Source of the DNA: an uncultured Methanosarcinales archaeon
GTDB taxonomy: Archaea; Nanobdellota; Nanobdellia; Woesearchaeales; GW2011-AR4
DNA: 64,000 bases
Direction: 5' to 3'
Assembly: GCA_964564925.1 (NCBI GenBank)
Contig: CAZMBY010000001.1
Location: 37,929-101,928, forward strand
Below are positions 45,567-55,914 of this stretch, in pieces. The notes beneath the pieces were generated by a model. That model saw only the letters and a list, made by a program, of their open reading frames with translations. It ran no database searches and was not told the origin of the DNA. The stretch's first letter is position 1; each line of letters opens with the position of its first letter. The translations under genes and the position numbers were made by a program.

Positions 45567-47966
45567 CTAATAGTAAGCTTCCCCTTCTGTCTGGTCCGGG
45601 ATCTCTTCGCTGAATTCTTCGCTTGGCTCCAGCCATTTCTTTATGCCAAAAGCAAGCCCAATCCCGGCAAGCAATACTGCGATGCCTATCAGGGTTATTT
45701 CTAGGATGTTTTTAAGGCTGGCATTCAAAAATGCGCTTGACGCTACATTTCCCTTGAGCGCAATATCCTTCAGCACTTTATCATTGCTTTTTATTGTAAC
45801 AAGGAAAATCTGCTCGCCTTTCACTTTTGCAGTTGTTGACGCGAATATATTGATTGCTTTTGTTTCTTTTGGCCTTATGACAAACGTGTTTGAGTCGCTT
45901 AATCTTAAGCTGGCCCAGTCTGCCCCGTCCAGCAATACAGTATAAGCATTGGCATCAGGCCCCTGGTTTGTCAGCATCAAGGTGTATATGACTTCGCTGC
46001 CGTCATTACGCATGTCCTGCTTAAGTATCGGGACATTTATCAAAAGCTTGTCATTGACCACTTGCTTTGTCTGGTCATCCGTTCCTGTAACTAGTATAGG
46101 CATTTCTTTTGTTTCGCTTTCGCTTCCGAATTGGGACATTATTTCTGATCTCAATGTGTATGTGCCTGTTTGGGCATCATCAGGGATTTTGAGGACAAAA
46201 TCTTCCTCTATTTCGGATTTCTTTCCTTTGTTTGCAAGCTGGTCAGCAAACCTTGTTGCTGAAACTCCAAGCTCTGGAATGCTTACCTCTGCCCTTATCC
46301 CTTCAAGCGGAACCACACCGCTGTTCTTGAACCTTAAGCTCACGACAAGGCTTTTGCCTGCTGCCACATTATCTTCAGGCATTAGCATCAAGCTGCTTAT
46401 TACAAATGGGAATTCCTTCTGGCTTATCTTCAATCCATATACTTTCTCTTCAAAGTCGCCTTCGGCATCGACAACTTTAACTCTGAGCTTGAAGCTATTC
46501 TGCTCAAAAGGCCCGATCAATGGCAGCTCAAGCTTCTTTAATGTGCTCTCGTCTTTGCCCATATCAAAAGTTGTTGTCGCATCTGCAACCACATCGCCGT
46601 TTTCAAAGGCCAAAACAGCGTCTATGTGGGCATTCTCAACATTTTCAAGCGCTGTCAGCCTTACCCTCAATCCAATTTCTTTTTCGCCTTCTCCAATTAC
46701 AAGAAAATTATTTTCGTCTGCCGCCAATATCTTGCTTTCCACCTCGACACTGTCAACAGAAACGTCCAATGCTCTTCCGGCTGCTCCGCTAACTAGATTT
46801 CTGCCGTTCATTGTGAGCCCGTATATCTGCTTTATTGAGGTGCCTTCTGCATCCACAATCTTTATCGTTAATTCAAAGGAATTGCTCTGCTTCAGCTTAT
46901 TTATCAATTCAAGCGTCAAAAGCCTAGAGTCGCTTGTGTCTTCATCCATATCAAAATTTGGAGAAGCATCGGCTATAACAGCACCGCTCTTGAGGTCTTT
47001 TAAAACTGCCTCGACATGCGCATCTTCCAAATCTTCCAGAGTTGTGAACTCTACAAGGACATCAAATTCGTTGTCTTCATCAATAAAATTTGTCTTCGAT
47101 TCTGCAACTACTTTACTATTGACTTTCACCCTGTCTATTGAGACATCCAATCCTGTTCTTGCTGCTGAAGAGTCTGTTGCCAATCCATATGCTTTCTGCT
47201 CAACATTGCCCTCTGCATCAATAATCTTTATTGTCAAGCTAAAGCTGCCTTCCCTCTTAAGGTCGTCGATAAGCCTTAAAGTCAAAGTTGCAGATGATTT
47301 CTTGTCATTGCCCAAATCAAAAGTTGCTGTCGCATCAGAAACAACCTTGCCGCTGCTTTTTCCCTGAAGGATTGCCTCGACATGCGCATCTTCCAGATCC
47401 TCAAGCGCTGTAAACTCGACTAAGGCAGAGTACACATCAGCATCATCAACAAGGTTTTCTTTTGAGCTTGCAAGAACAACCCCATTTAAAATAACCCTGT
47501 CGATGGATACATCAAAACCATCGCCTTTGACATCATCAAAAGCAATGAAATAGATTTTGCTTTCAAGCTTGCCTTGGTCATTGCCAACTTTGATTTCCAG
47601 CTTGAATCTTTCATCTCCTAGATCGCTGACGTCAAGAAGCAAAAGAGCAGATGTCTTATGGCCATCAAACAAAGTAAAGGGCACTGTGGAATCGGACACC
47701 GTAAGTCCGGTCTTTAAGTCTGTAAGCACAGCATCTACCTTCAGATTCTGCAAGTCTGCAAAAGCAGCCAAGTCAACATATGTGTTGAAGATAAAAGCTT
47801 CAGGGATAAGGTTTGTCTTGCCTTCCGCCAATGTGTGCCTGTTGACCCTGACCTCATCAATTGAAATTTTATCAGAGCCTGACGCTGAGCTTGCATAAGC
47901 GAAGCTAGCAAACAAAGGAATAAGCAAAATCATCAACATTCCTAAACTTAGTATTTTTCTAGTCAT
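45567..47966 (-). CDS. Surface/S-layer-like protein: four tandem Ig-like repeats, CARDB-like domains, C-terminal TM
   Basis: Four (D)VSIDRV.VN..LE.AH(V/I)(E/D)A.L..V.DA..F repeats; LRFKNSG..TGTYTL; TM and acidic tail ending AYY. Confidence 0.75.
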   Translation of the reverse strand: MTRKILSLGMLMILLIPLFASFAYASSASGSDKISIDEVRVNRHTLAEGKTNLIPEAFIFNTYVDLAAFADLQNLKVDAVLTDLKTGLTVSDSTVPFTLFDGHKTSALLLLDVSDLGDERFKLEIKVGNDQGKLESKIYFIAFDDVKGDGFDVSIDRVILNGVVLASSKENLVDDADVYSALVEFTALEDLEDAHVEAILQGKSSGKVVSDATATFDLGNDKKSSATLTLRLIDDLKREGSFSLTIKIIDAEGNVEQKAYGLATDSSAARTGLDVSIDRVKVNSKVVAESKTNFIDEDNEFDVLVEFTTLEDLEDAHVEAVLKDLKSGAVIADASPNFDMDEDTSDSRLLTLELINKLKQSNSFELTIKIVDAEGTSIKQIYGLTMNGRNLVSGAAGRALDVSVDSVEVESKILAADENNFLVIGEGEKEIGLRVRLTALENVENAHIDAVLAFENGDVVADATTTFDMGKDESTLKKLELPLIGPFEQNSFKLRVKVVDAEGDFEEKVYGLKISQKEFPFVISSLMLMPEDNVAAGKSLVVSLRFKNSGVVPLEGIRAEVSIPELGVSATRFADQLANKGKKSEIEEDFVLKIPDDAQTGTYTLRSEIMSQFGSESETKEMPILVTGTDDQTKQVVNDKLLINVPILKQDMRNDGSEVIYTLMLTNQGPDANAYTVLLDGADWASLRLSDSNTFVIRPKETKAINIFASTTAKVKGEQIFLVTIKSNDKVLKDIALKGNVASSAFLNASLKNILEITLIGIAVLLAGIGLAFGIKKWLEPSEEFSEEIPDQTEGEAYY

Positions 47967-48037
47967 TTACCGCGACTGCCCCAACAAATTTTTATTATTA
48001 GACAGTAATTACAATTTTTGAAGTATCTATAAGCTAC

Positions 48038-48053
48038 TATATAAAGTTTTCGG
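48038..48053 (-). promoter_or_regulatory. BRE/TATA promoter of the S-layer-like gene
   Basis: Minus strand CCGAAAACTTTATATA, the same pattern as at 13485-13502 (minus) and 25088-25103 (plus). Confidence 0.65.
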
Positions 48054-48214
48054 TTTTAACCATTTGAAAGTAGGTACATATCCTTAAAGTAGAGGTTTAC
48101 ATATTTAAAGATTTATCTGGGATTAGATTGAATTGTTATTTTATTTCTATATTGAAAATAAATTAAAGGATATTTTTAATCATCTATATATATAAGATTG
48201 CAATTCTATACGGC

Positions 48215-49306
48215 ATGATTACTATAATAGGGGCCGGGCCTGCGGGAAGCTATTTGGCTTACTTGCTGGCAAAACAGGGTGAAAAAACAGTGATAATAGA
48301 AGAGCATGACACTGTTGGCAAGCCAATTCAATGTACAGGCATAGTCACCCATTCAATTGAAAAATTTTTCAGGCTGAAGAAGGGAATAGTTGCTAATAAG
48401 CTTGACAAGGTGATTGTCAACAGCAAAAGCAATAAAATCACAGTCAATGTTGATGAAATTGTGATGTGGCGTGACAAATTTGACCAGTTTGTTGCCGAGA
48501 TGGCGCAGGAAGCCGGAGCTGAAATGCTGCTTAACCACAAGTTTCTGGATTTCAATGGGAAGGACCTTATAAAAATAAAGGACAAAAAAAGCAATAAAAC
48601 AAAGGACATCAGGACAGACATTGTTATTGGAGCTGACGGCCCATATTCTTCTGTGGCTAAAGCTTGCGGCATGGCTCAAGACCAGAGGAATTATATTGGA
48701 ATGCAGGCGAAAGTAAACCTTAGCATGGACAACACAGCCTTCGAAACGTATTTTGGCAGTGATTTTCCAAATTTTTTTGGCTGGTGCGTGCCAGAATCTG
48801 ATGGTACTGCGAGGATTGGCATTGGCTGCTTTGAAAATGCTCAAGAGCATTTCTACAGGTTTTTGCAGAAAAGGACAGGTAAAAAAGAAGTGCTGTGCTG
48901 GGAATCCGGCTTAATTCCCGTGTATAATCCAAAGAAACAGCTGCAAAAAGGCAATGTCTATTTGATAGGCGATGCTGCAACCCAAGCCAAAGCAACAACT
49001 GGAGGCGGGATAATACCATCCTTAAAAGCAGCCCATACATTGTGCGATTGCATTATCGGCAAGAAAGACTACAATAAGGAATTCAAAAGGCAGTCTGGAA
49101 AGGAATTGCTTTTGCACTTGAGGATTAGGAATCTGTTAAACAAATTCAGCGACAGGGATTACGACAGGCTATTGGGACTCATGGATAAAGAGAAGGTAAG
49201 AAAAATACTAAAAAAATATGACAGGGACACTCCAATACCTCTTGTGGCAAACTTGCTGCTCAAGGAGCCCGGATTTCTTTACTTCTCAAAGCTGCTCTTT
49301 GCTTAA
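48215..49306 (+). CDS. Geranylgeranyl reductase family FAD-dependent oxidoreductase
   Basis: IIGAGPAGS, PIQCTG, GADGPYS, FGWCVP, LIGDAA..TGGGI. Confidence 0.9.
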   Translation: MITIIGAGPAGSYLAYLLAKQGEKTVIIEEHDTVGKPIQCTGIVTHSIEKFFRLKKGIVANKLDKVIVNSKSNKITVNVDEIVMWRDKFDQFVAEMAQEAGAEMLLNHKFLDFNGKDLIKIKDKKSNKTKDIRTDIVIGADGPYSSVAKACGMAQDQRNYIGMQAKVNLSMDNTAFETYFGSDFPNFFGWCVPESDGTARIGIGCFENAQEHFYRFLQKRTGKKEVLCWESGLIPVYNPKKQLQKGNVYLIGDAATQAKATTGGGIIPSLKAAHTLCDCIIGKKDYNKEFKRQSGKELLLHLRIRNLLNKFSDRDYDRLLGLMDKEKVRKILKKYDRDTPIPLVANLLLKEPGFLYFSKLLFA

Positions 49307-49338
49307 AGGCTTTGCACAATAACCCGCTCTTGAATCTC

Positions 49339-49450
49339 GTTTTTGCCATCGACTCAGCTGCAATGTATGGGATAATGGCATTTTTCTATCTGGAACCTCG
49401 AAAAATGCTAAAACAATGTCCGGATTGGCTTCGCATTTTGATGGCAAAAC
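49339..49450. repeat. Intergenic nested inverted-repeat element
   Basis: TTTTGCCATC/GATGGCAAAA (49341-50, 49440-49) enclosing GCATTTTTC/GAAAAATGC (49378-86, 49400-08). Confidence 0.6.
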
Positions 49451-49527
49451 TACTTTTTGTGCAAAGCCTTTCTAACAAAAGCTTTTTAATGATGCGCCAT
49501 TTCCCTTCCAAAGGGTGTATTTTGTTT

Positions 49528-52500
49528 ATGGAGTCAAAAGAAGACGAAGAAATTTCTATAAGTGCTAAGAAATCAAAGATTTCTGGCATCTCCGAAAATT
49601 CAGACGAGGAATTTTCGATAGATTTTGGCAAGATAAAGAAGTTTTTCAAGGGCAAGGGAGAGAAGGAGCCTGAAGATAGCCCAAAAACCGAGAAAACCGA
49701 AGATGAAGAGATTGCAGTAGATTTCAGCAAAGTCAAGAATTTCTTTAAATCTGGCGAAAAGGAAAGAGGAAGCGAGGATATAAACGTAGACTGGTCAAAA
49801 TTTGCTGATTTCTTTAAAACATATGGCATCGTATTAATTGCCTTGATTCCAATAATACTTTCAATCTATGTCAGAATGCAGGCTGATACCCTGCCATTCG
49901 CTGATGATTGGGCATCAAATAGCGTGTTCAACAACATCAGAAACCAGATAAGGAATAGCATAGACCAGCAATACCCAAATTTGCCAAGTGCAAACAAGGA
50001 TGCTTTGGTTGAAACAGAGATGCAGAATTTTATCAATCAGAACAAGCAGCAGATTGACCAGCAGGTGAAAGGGACATCAGACTACGTCAAGTCATTCTTC
50101 CAGGACGAGAATGGCAATAATTACATGCCAGACATTGATCCTTATTATTGGGTCAGGTATGCTGACAATATTGTCGATCATGGTTATCCTGGCGATGTCT
50201 TGGTTGAAGGGAAATCTTATGACAACAGGCAAGTAGCTCCAAAAGGAAGGTTTGTAACTGGCGACATGTTTCATTCATACTTCTTGGCATATTTTTACAA
50301 GTTCTTGCATTTATTTTCGCCAAGCCTGACTCTGATTCGCTCATCATTTTATGCTCCTGTATTTTTGTCGGCTTTGTGTGTCTTGCTTGTTTTCCTAATA
50401 GCAAGGAAAATTGCCGGAAACACAGGCGCTCTCATGGCGGGGTTGATAATGGCAGTAAATTCCGCATTCTTAGGAAGAACTATGTTTGGGCATGCTGACA
50501 ATGATGGGTGGGTTATCTTCTTTCCGCTGATCGTCACCTGGCTGTTCATTCAGACTATTGACGCCACAAGCATAGCCAAGGTCATTATTTCTGCTGCTCT
50601 GGCAGGTTTCTTCACAGGCTTGTTCACTTTAGCATGGAGCGGCTGGTGGTTCATTTTTGATTTTCTCCTCATTACTGTAGCAGTGACATTCCTATACCTA
50701 GTGCTTACAAACCTTCTGGACATCAGGAAAAATCTTAGATTCTTATTCCAGAATACTGTTATCAGGGATATAATAATTTTTGGCATTGTTTATTTCATTG
50801 CAACTGCAATGTTCACCACTTTCTTTTCTGGATGGGGCCAGTTCAGCAACAGCTTTCTTGGCCCTTTAAGCTTTAAGTCAATCAAAGAGCCGGTGAGCAG
50901 CGGCTCATTGTGGCCAAATGTATTGACCACAGTTGCAGAATTGAATGAAGGCTCCTTCAATGGCATTGCCAATTCAGTTGGAGGGTACCTATTCTTCTAC
51001 ATAAGCTTAATCGGATTGCTTTTGGCAGTCTCAAGAACAGAGGGCCTGAGGAAGTTTGATTTTTATTACAACGTTGCTGGATTTATTTATTATGCTGCAT
51101 TCCTGCAGCTTGTGAAAGCAGAAACTATAAACTCAATATATACCATAATGGCAGGAGTCCTGCTTCCAGTTGCGGTAAGGATGATTATTCTGATATACCA
51201 CAAAGACAGATCCTATGATTTCAAACTTTCCCTGTTGCTTTCGCTGTGGATTGTATCAACTATTTTCGCGAGCATAAAAGGAATTAGATTCACATTGCTT
51301 CTTGCTCCTGCATTCAGCGTTGCGTTTGGTGTTGCGCTTGGGAAGCTGTATATGTTTAGCTCAAAATTATTGAACAAAGAGCTGAAAATTAACAAGATTG
51401 TCGGCAACTCTGTCCTTATTTTATTGATATTGTCTTTGGTTTATGTGAATCCCACAAAGGCTGCCATAGGCGCTTCAAGTTCTGATCCGCCAATTGTCAA
51501 TGACGCTTGGTACTCTGCTTTGACCGCAATAAAGGAGGATTCAAAGCCAGATGCAATAATAACATCGTGGTGGGATTTTGGACATCATTTCAAGTCAATA
51601 ACTGACAGGAGGGTCACATTTGACGGAACAACTCAAACCTATCCACCGGCTCACTGGGTTGGCAAGCTGTTGATGTCGGACAATGAAAACCAATCTCTTG
51701 GAATTCTGAGAATGATGGATTGCAGCAGCAATGATGCCTATGTTTTGCTGCAAAAATTAGATGGCAACGACACTCACTTATCTATTAAGATAATAAATGA
51801 AATTGTAGGGCTTGACAAAAAAAGTGCCGAGAAAAAATTAATGGGCTATAAATTTAGTGATGAAAAAATCAAGGAGCTTCTTTCATATACCCATTGCGAT
51901 CCTGCAGAAGGCTACTTCATTGCCTCAGATGACATGATTGGAAAAAGCGGTGTTTGGGGCCATTTCGGCAGCTGGAATTTTGAAAGAGCTGACATATGGC
52001 AGAATGCAAGGAACATGGCTGAAGAAGACGCTGTCCAATATATGGCAGCCAAGTTTAACTATAGCAGGCAAAATGCGCAAAACCTATACGTTGAAATGCA
52101 GGAGATATTGGGCATAGATGACGCAAACAAACTTAACAGGAAGGCAAATGAATGGGTTGCTCCATGGCCGGGGTATGCAGGCACAATAAACTGTGCAAGG
52201 AATGGAGATGGTATTTTTGAATGCCCTCAACTGAGCGTTGGCAAGGACAATTCCGGCAGGGATGTATATGCCTCATTTTTCATAAATATGACCGGCTATG
52301 ACGTCTTTGGCAAGGTTGGCGGCACTGAGATAAGGGCAAATCCAGTTGCGTTCACCACAGAGGATGGCATTTACAAAAAACAATTTGACGGGAATACATT
52401 CGGCCTTGGGTTTACAGTAATTCCGGCAGGTGAAGACAGCGTCTTGGTTGTGATGTCCAGCCCGCAGCTTGTAGGCTCAATGTTCACGAGAATGTTTTAC

Positions 52501-52701
52501 ATGCAGGGGCATGGGCTTAAGTATTTTAAATTATTTAATCATCCTTCAAGAGGCTTGACAGGAACTGACATTTATGTTTACAAGGTTGATTGGGATGGAA
52601 AGAATGCGACTATTGTTGAACCCTATGTCGATAATTTGAGAAAACAAACCGAAGCAACAGCCATCATTCCTTCGGCAGAGCCTGCAGCAAACAGCTCCTA
52701 G
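49528..52701 (+). CDS. aglB: Oligosaccharyltransferase AglB (STT3 family)
   Basis: DIDPYYW, GHADND, TVAEL, SWWDFGH, DGTTQ and DDMIGK motifs; multi-TM N-terminal half; start placed at MESKED (49528). Confidence 0.93.
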   Translation: MESKEDEEISISAKKSKISGISENSDEEFSIDFGKIKKFFKGKGEKEPEDSPKTEKTEDEEIAVDFSKVKNFFKSGEKERGSEDINVDWSKFADFFKTYGIVLIALIPIILSIYVRMQADTLPFADDWASNSVFNNIRNQIRNSIDQQYPNLPSANKDALVETEMQNFINQNKQQIDQQVKGTSDYVKSFFQDENGNNYMPDIDPYYWVRYADNIVDHGYPGDVLVEGKSYDNRQVAPKGRFVTGDMFHSYFLAYFYKFLHLFSPSLTLIRSSFYAPVFLSALCVLLVFLIARKIAGNTGALMAGLIMAVNSAFLGRTMFGHADNDGWVIFFPLIVTWLFIQTIDATSIAKVIISAALAGFFTGLFTLAWSGWWFIFDFLLITVAVTFLYLVLTNLLDIRKNLRFLFQNTVIRDIIIFGIVYFIATAMFTTFFSGWGQFSNSFLGPLSFKSIKEPVSSGSLWPNVLTTVAELNEGSFNGIANSVGGYLFFYISLIGLLLAVSRTEGLRKFDFYYNVAGFIYYAAFLQLVKAETINSIYTIMAGVLLPVAVRMIILIYHKDRSYDFKLSLLLSLWIVSTIFASIKGIRFTLLLAPAFSVAFGVALGKLYMFSSKLLNKELKINKIVGNSVLILLILSLVYVNPTKAAIGASSSDPPIVNDAWYSALTAIKEDSKPDAIITSWWDFGHHFKSITDRRVTFDGTTQTYPPAHWVGKLLMSDNENQSLGILRMMDCSSNDAYVLLQKLDGNDTHLSIKIINEIVGLDKKSAEKKLMGYKFSDEKIKELLSYTHCDPAEGYFIASDDMIGKSGVWGHFGSWNFERADIWQNARNMAEEDAVQYMAAKFNYSRQNAQNLYVEMQEILGIDDANKLNRKANEWVAPWPGYAGTINCARNGDGIFECPQLSVGKDNSGRDVYASFFINMTGYDVFGKVGGTEIRANPVAFTTEDGIYKKQFDGNTFGLGFTVIPAGEDSVLVVMSSPQLVGSMFTRMFYMQGHGLKYFKLFNHPSRGLTGTDIYVYKVDWDGKNATIVEPYVDNLRKQTEATAIIPSAEPAANSS

Positions 52702-53370
52702 ATGAAAATGAACAATGTCTGGGCCATAACACCGGCACACAACGAGGAAAGGGACATAGCCTTGATTATCAAGAAAACCAAGAGATATGCAGATGAAGTT
52801 GTGATTGTTGACGATGGGAGCATGGACAGGACAAGCATTTATGCAAAGAAGGCAGGTGCAATTGTTTTGAGGCACATTGTCAACCTGGGCAAGGGCGCTG
52901 CACTTAAAACAGGCTGTGACTATGCTATTAAGAAAGGTGCAAAATTGATTGTTGTGCTTGATGCTGATGCGCAGCACAACCCTGACAACATTCCAAGGTT
53001 TCTGGACAAATTGAAAAAATATAGCATCGTGTTTAGCTACAGGAAGCTAAGCAGGAAGATGCCGATTGTGCTGCGCTTCGGAAACTGGTTCATATCAGGC
53101 ATTGTCAGCCTGTTTTACGGCGTCAGCTTGAAGGACACCCAATGCGGATTCAGGGCATTCACCGCAGATGCGTACAAAAAAATAAGGTGGAATGCAAGCG
53201 ACTATTCAATGGAATCTGAGATGATAGCAAGGGCAGGAAAGCAAAACTTAAAATATGTGCAGATTCCAATTGAAACAATCTATTCCGACAGGTACAAGGG
53301 CACAACAATTGTAGACGGCATAAAAATTGTAATGAATATGCTTTGGTGGAGGCTGTTTAACACGAAATAA
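52702..53370 (+). CDS. GT2 glycosyltransferase (dolichol-phosphate sugar synthase-like)
   Basis: PAHNEE, VDDGSMD, NLGKGAAL, DADAQH, DTQCGFRAF. Confidence 0.92.
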   Translation: MKMNNVWAITPAHNEERDIALIIKKTKRYADEVVIVDDGSMDRTSIYAKKAGAIVLRHIVNLGKGAALKTGCDYAIKKGAKLIVVLDADAQHNPDNIPRFLDKLKKYSIVFSYRKLSRKMPIVLRFGNWFISGIVSLFYGVSLKDTQCGFRAFTADAYKKIRWNASDYSMESEMIARAGKQNLKYVQIPIETIYSDRYKGTTIVDGIKIVMNMLWWRLFNTK

Positions 53371-53371
53371 A

Positions 53372-53713
53372 ATGGCGAATATCCTTGGAATTCAGATTGC
53401 AGGCTCGCTTTTTGGGCTGTTTATGATCTACTATTCTTTTTTGAACTACAAAAGGAAGCAGTTCACAACAAAAGAGTTTGGATTTTGGCTTCTGCTGTGG
53501 GTACTTTTTATTTTGGTTTCGCTGTTTCCGTTTTTGCTTGACCCTGTTGTCAAGCCCGCAGGGTTTTTGAGAGCGCTGGATTTGTTAACAATTACCGGCT
53601 TTATATTTCTGATAGGTGCTGTGTTTTATACATACACCCTGACAAGGAAAAATCAGAAGCAGCTTGAAGAGATTGTAAGAATCGTTGCAATGAAAAAAAG
53701 CAGGAAGAAGTAG
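53372..53713 (+). CDS. DUF2304 family membrane protein
   Basis: Three TMs, GFLRALDLL, QLEEIVRIVA; typical partner downstream of DPM-like GT2. Confidence 0.8.
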   Translation: MANILGIQIAGSLFGLFMIYYSFLNYKRKQFTTKEFGFWLLLWVLFILVSLFPFLLDPVVKPAGFLRALDLLTITGFIFLIGAVFYTYTLTRKNQKQLEEIVRIVAMKKSRKK

Positions 53714-53825
53714 GCTAAGGACACCAATCCTTAATCATTATTAAATATCCATGCTTTTGCTGCCCTTGGAATGAATTCAGCAAAAAAAATAAATTGAAAT
53801 GCGCTTCATCTGTTTATTCTTAATC

Positions 53826-54494
53826 TTAGAAAAACTTGTACCGAGCAAAGGCAATAATAAATGTTATTATAATTGATAATGCCTGCAGGGAAAAAACAAC
53901 AGGATATTTTTTCCAGCTCATGCTCCTGTTGGGATATATTTCCTTGAATTTATTCTCAAAAAGCAGGATTGAGCCATGCAGTGTAAAAAGCATCAGAAAG
54001 CCTGCTAAAATAAAGCCAACTATCTGGCCCTGAAAAACCAATTCCTTGAAGTGCGCCCAATTGTCGACAAAAATTGCCCAGAAAATCCAGATAATAAATC
54101 CCAGCTCAAATACTGATATTTCATAATGCCGAATTGACCATGCAAATACAGCAGCCAGTACAATATAATATGGAAGGCTCATTAACAGGTCAGCAAAAAT
54201 GCTGCTTGTAGCAAACAAATAAGCTGTTTCTCCAGCTCTAATCTTATCCAAGTTGCTTAAGAAAGCGAGCACTTCAACAAATAAGCCGTTCAGGACCACA
54301 GCTATTCCGTAAGAAAGAAGCGGCCTTTTTATTTTTGGGATTATTGCCTTTTCAATTGGCGCATGGAATATGAAAAAAAGGCCATAGACAATTCCTGCCA
54401 AATATAATATTCTCTCCGAGCCTTTTGCCATGGCAATGCCAAAAAACAAGGAAAAGAGTATTGCAAAAATCCCGAATTTTTGGTATTTATCCAT
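53826..54494 (-). CDS. Polytopic membrane protein of unknown function
   Basis: About seven hydrophobic helices. Confidence 0.6.
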   Translation of the reverse strand: MDKYQKFGIFAILFSLFFGIAMAKGSERILYLAGIVYGLFFIFHAPIEKAIIPKIKRPLLSYGIAVVLNGLFVEVLAFLSNLDKIRAGETAYLFATSSIFADLLMSLPYYIVLAAVFAWSIRHYEISVFELGFIIWIFWAIFVDNWAHFKELVFQGQIVGFILAGFLMLFTLHGSILLFENKFKEIYPNRSMSWKKYPVVFSLQALSIIITFIIAFARYKFF

Positions 54495-54626
54495 TTTTTA
54501 TTTGTCAGAAAATTTTTGAACATTTTATGAATTTGGTTTTCATGCTTGATTCAGAAGCGCCTATGTGGGACGTCTGACTTCCAAGGCATTCTGTACGACG
54601 GAAAAATATGGCGTGATATGTGGAAC

Positions 54627-55910
54627 TCATCGCACCGGCTGCCACGAATATCTCTGTGGACCTATTCCCGGCACAGTAAAAAGCACATGACGATTTGTGC
54701 CGTCGAGATTTGTAGCCCCTACTCCAATCGGCTCAGGATTCTCCCCATAGATCGGAAGAGTTGGGTGAAGAATCATTTTACTGTCTGGGGACCATGCTGG
54801 ATCATCACCTTGCGTAAGCATTCTCTTGTTCGTTCCATCAGCATCCATCACCCAGATATGCCAGGTTGCCATGATATTGCGGTCGCGTGCTGTAGGCTGG
54901 CTAGTGCCTTTCCTGGTGGCTTCGCTCAATTCAAACATCTCTACACCTTGCCAATAAGCAATGTATTTTCCGTCTGGAGACCATGCGGGGACTTTTTGCT
55001 CGACAGGGGCACCAATCGAGTTATCATACGACGACTCGGTTAATGCAACTGGATTTTTACCGTCAGAATCCATCACCCAAATGCGGAATTTGTCCCAGTC
55101 GCGATCCGAAGCGAATGCAATGCGTTTCCCATCAGGTGACCAACTCGGAACTGCGTCAGAATCATTTCCAAAAGTAAGCTGTTTTTTATTAGAACCATCG
55201 GCATCAATTACAAAGATTTTGACATTCATGATATCCATTGGGTCTTTTTTTCCAGATGCCAGTTCCTGCTCCATGTCTGGAGTTATTAAGCCAGCAGTAT
55301 AAGCAATATGTTCGCCATCCGGAGACCAATCTGGGAGTAAACTCATACTACCGGAGCGCTTTTCGGTGATGGCCTTGTTATCAGAGCCATCAGCATTCAT
55401 CACGTGGAAGACAATTCCATTTTGGGCCTCTGATTGTGTCATATATGCGATTTTCTTTCCATCAGGAGACCACTTTGGCGCAACGTTGCCGTTGCCATCA
55501 TTTGTCAATTGCTTTCGGTTTGAGCCATCAGGAGAAACTGTAAAAATCTGATAGCGCCCTTTTTCATCTTGATAGGAAACTGCAATGAGTCCGCTTGCCG
55601 TGCCGTTTGCCGTTGATGTGCCAAACTGCTCCTGATTTTTTTTATCAAGGAGTAAAAGAACTCTGTCCAAAATATTTTCAGCGTCGTCATATTTTTTCGC
55701 TTTCAATAAAGGATCAAGCTCCTGAAGCTGATTTTGCACTTGTGTTGGGTCGCCTCCTGCAGAGATTAATTTTTCAATTCCTGCTTGGACTTTATTGGCT
55801 TTCTCCTGTATTCTCAATTGGGTTTCAGAAGGACGATTGATTAGAATGAAAATGGCTATTCCAATTATAAAAATAATTCCAATGACAATTAAAATAATTT
55901 TTGGTTTCAT
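54627..55910 (-). CDS. Membrane-anchored TolB-like (PD40) beta-propeller protein with N-terminal helical module
   Basis: Repeated P.WSPDG..IA and VM.ADG motifs; N-terminal TM. Confidence 0.85.
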   Translation of the reverse strand: MKPKIILIVIGIIFIIGIAIFILINRPSETQLRIQEKANKVQAGIEKLISAGGDPTQVQNQLQELDPLLKAKKYDDAENILDRVLLLLDKKNQEQFGTSTANGTASGLIAVSYQDEKGRYQIFTVSPDGSNRKQLTNDGNGNVAPKWSPDGKKIAYMTQSEAQNGIVFHVMNADGSDNKAITEKRSGSMSLLPDWSPDGEHIAYTAGLITPDMEQELASGKKDPMDIMNVKIFVIDADGSNKKQLTFGNDSDAVPSWSPDGKRIAFASDRDWDKFRIWVMDSDGKNPVALTESSYDNSIGAPVEQKVPAWSPDGKYIAYWQGVEMFELSEATRKGTSQPTARDRNIMATWHIWVMDADGTNKRMLTQGDDPAWSPDSKMILHPTLPIYGENPEPIGVGATNLDGTNRHVLFTVPGIGPQRYSWQPVR

Positions 55911-55914
55911 GTTT

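Noticed and set aside
45949..47367. 472-aa plus-strand ORF
   Set aside because: Antisense shadow of the repetitive surface-protein gene; S/F/L-rich with no motifs
49312..49527. N-terminal 72 aa of the AglB ORF
   Set aside because: Runs through an intergenic inverted repeat from a TTG; ATG 49528 with an upstream TATA-like element is more plausible
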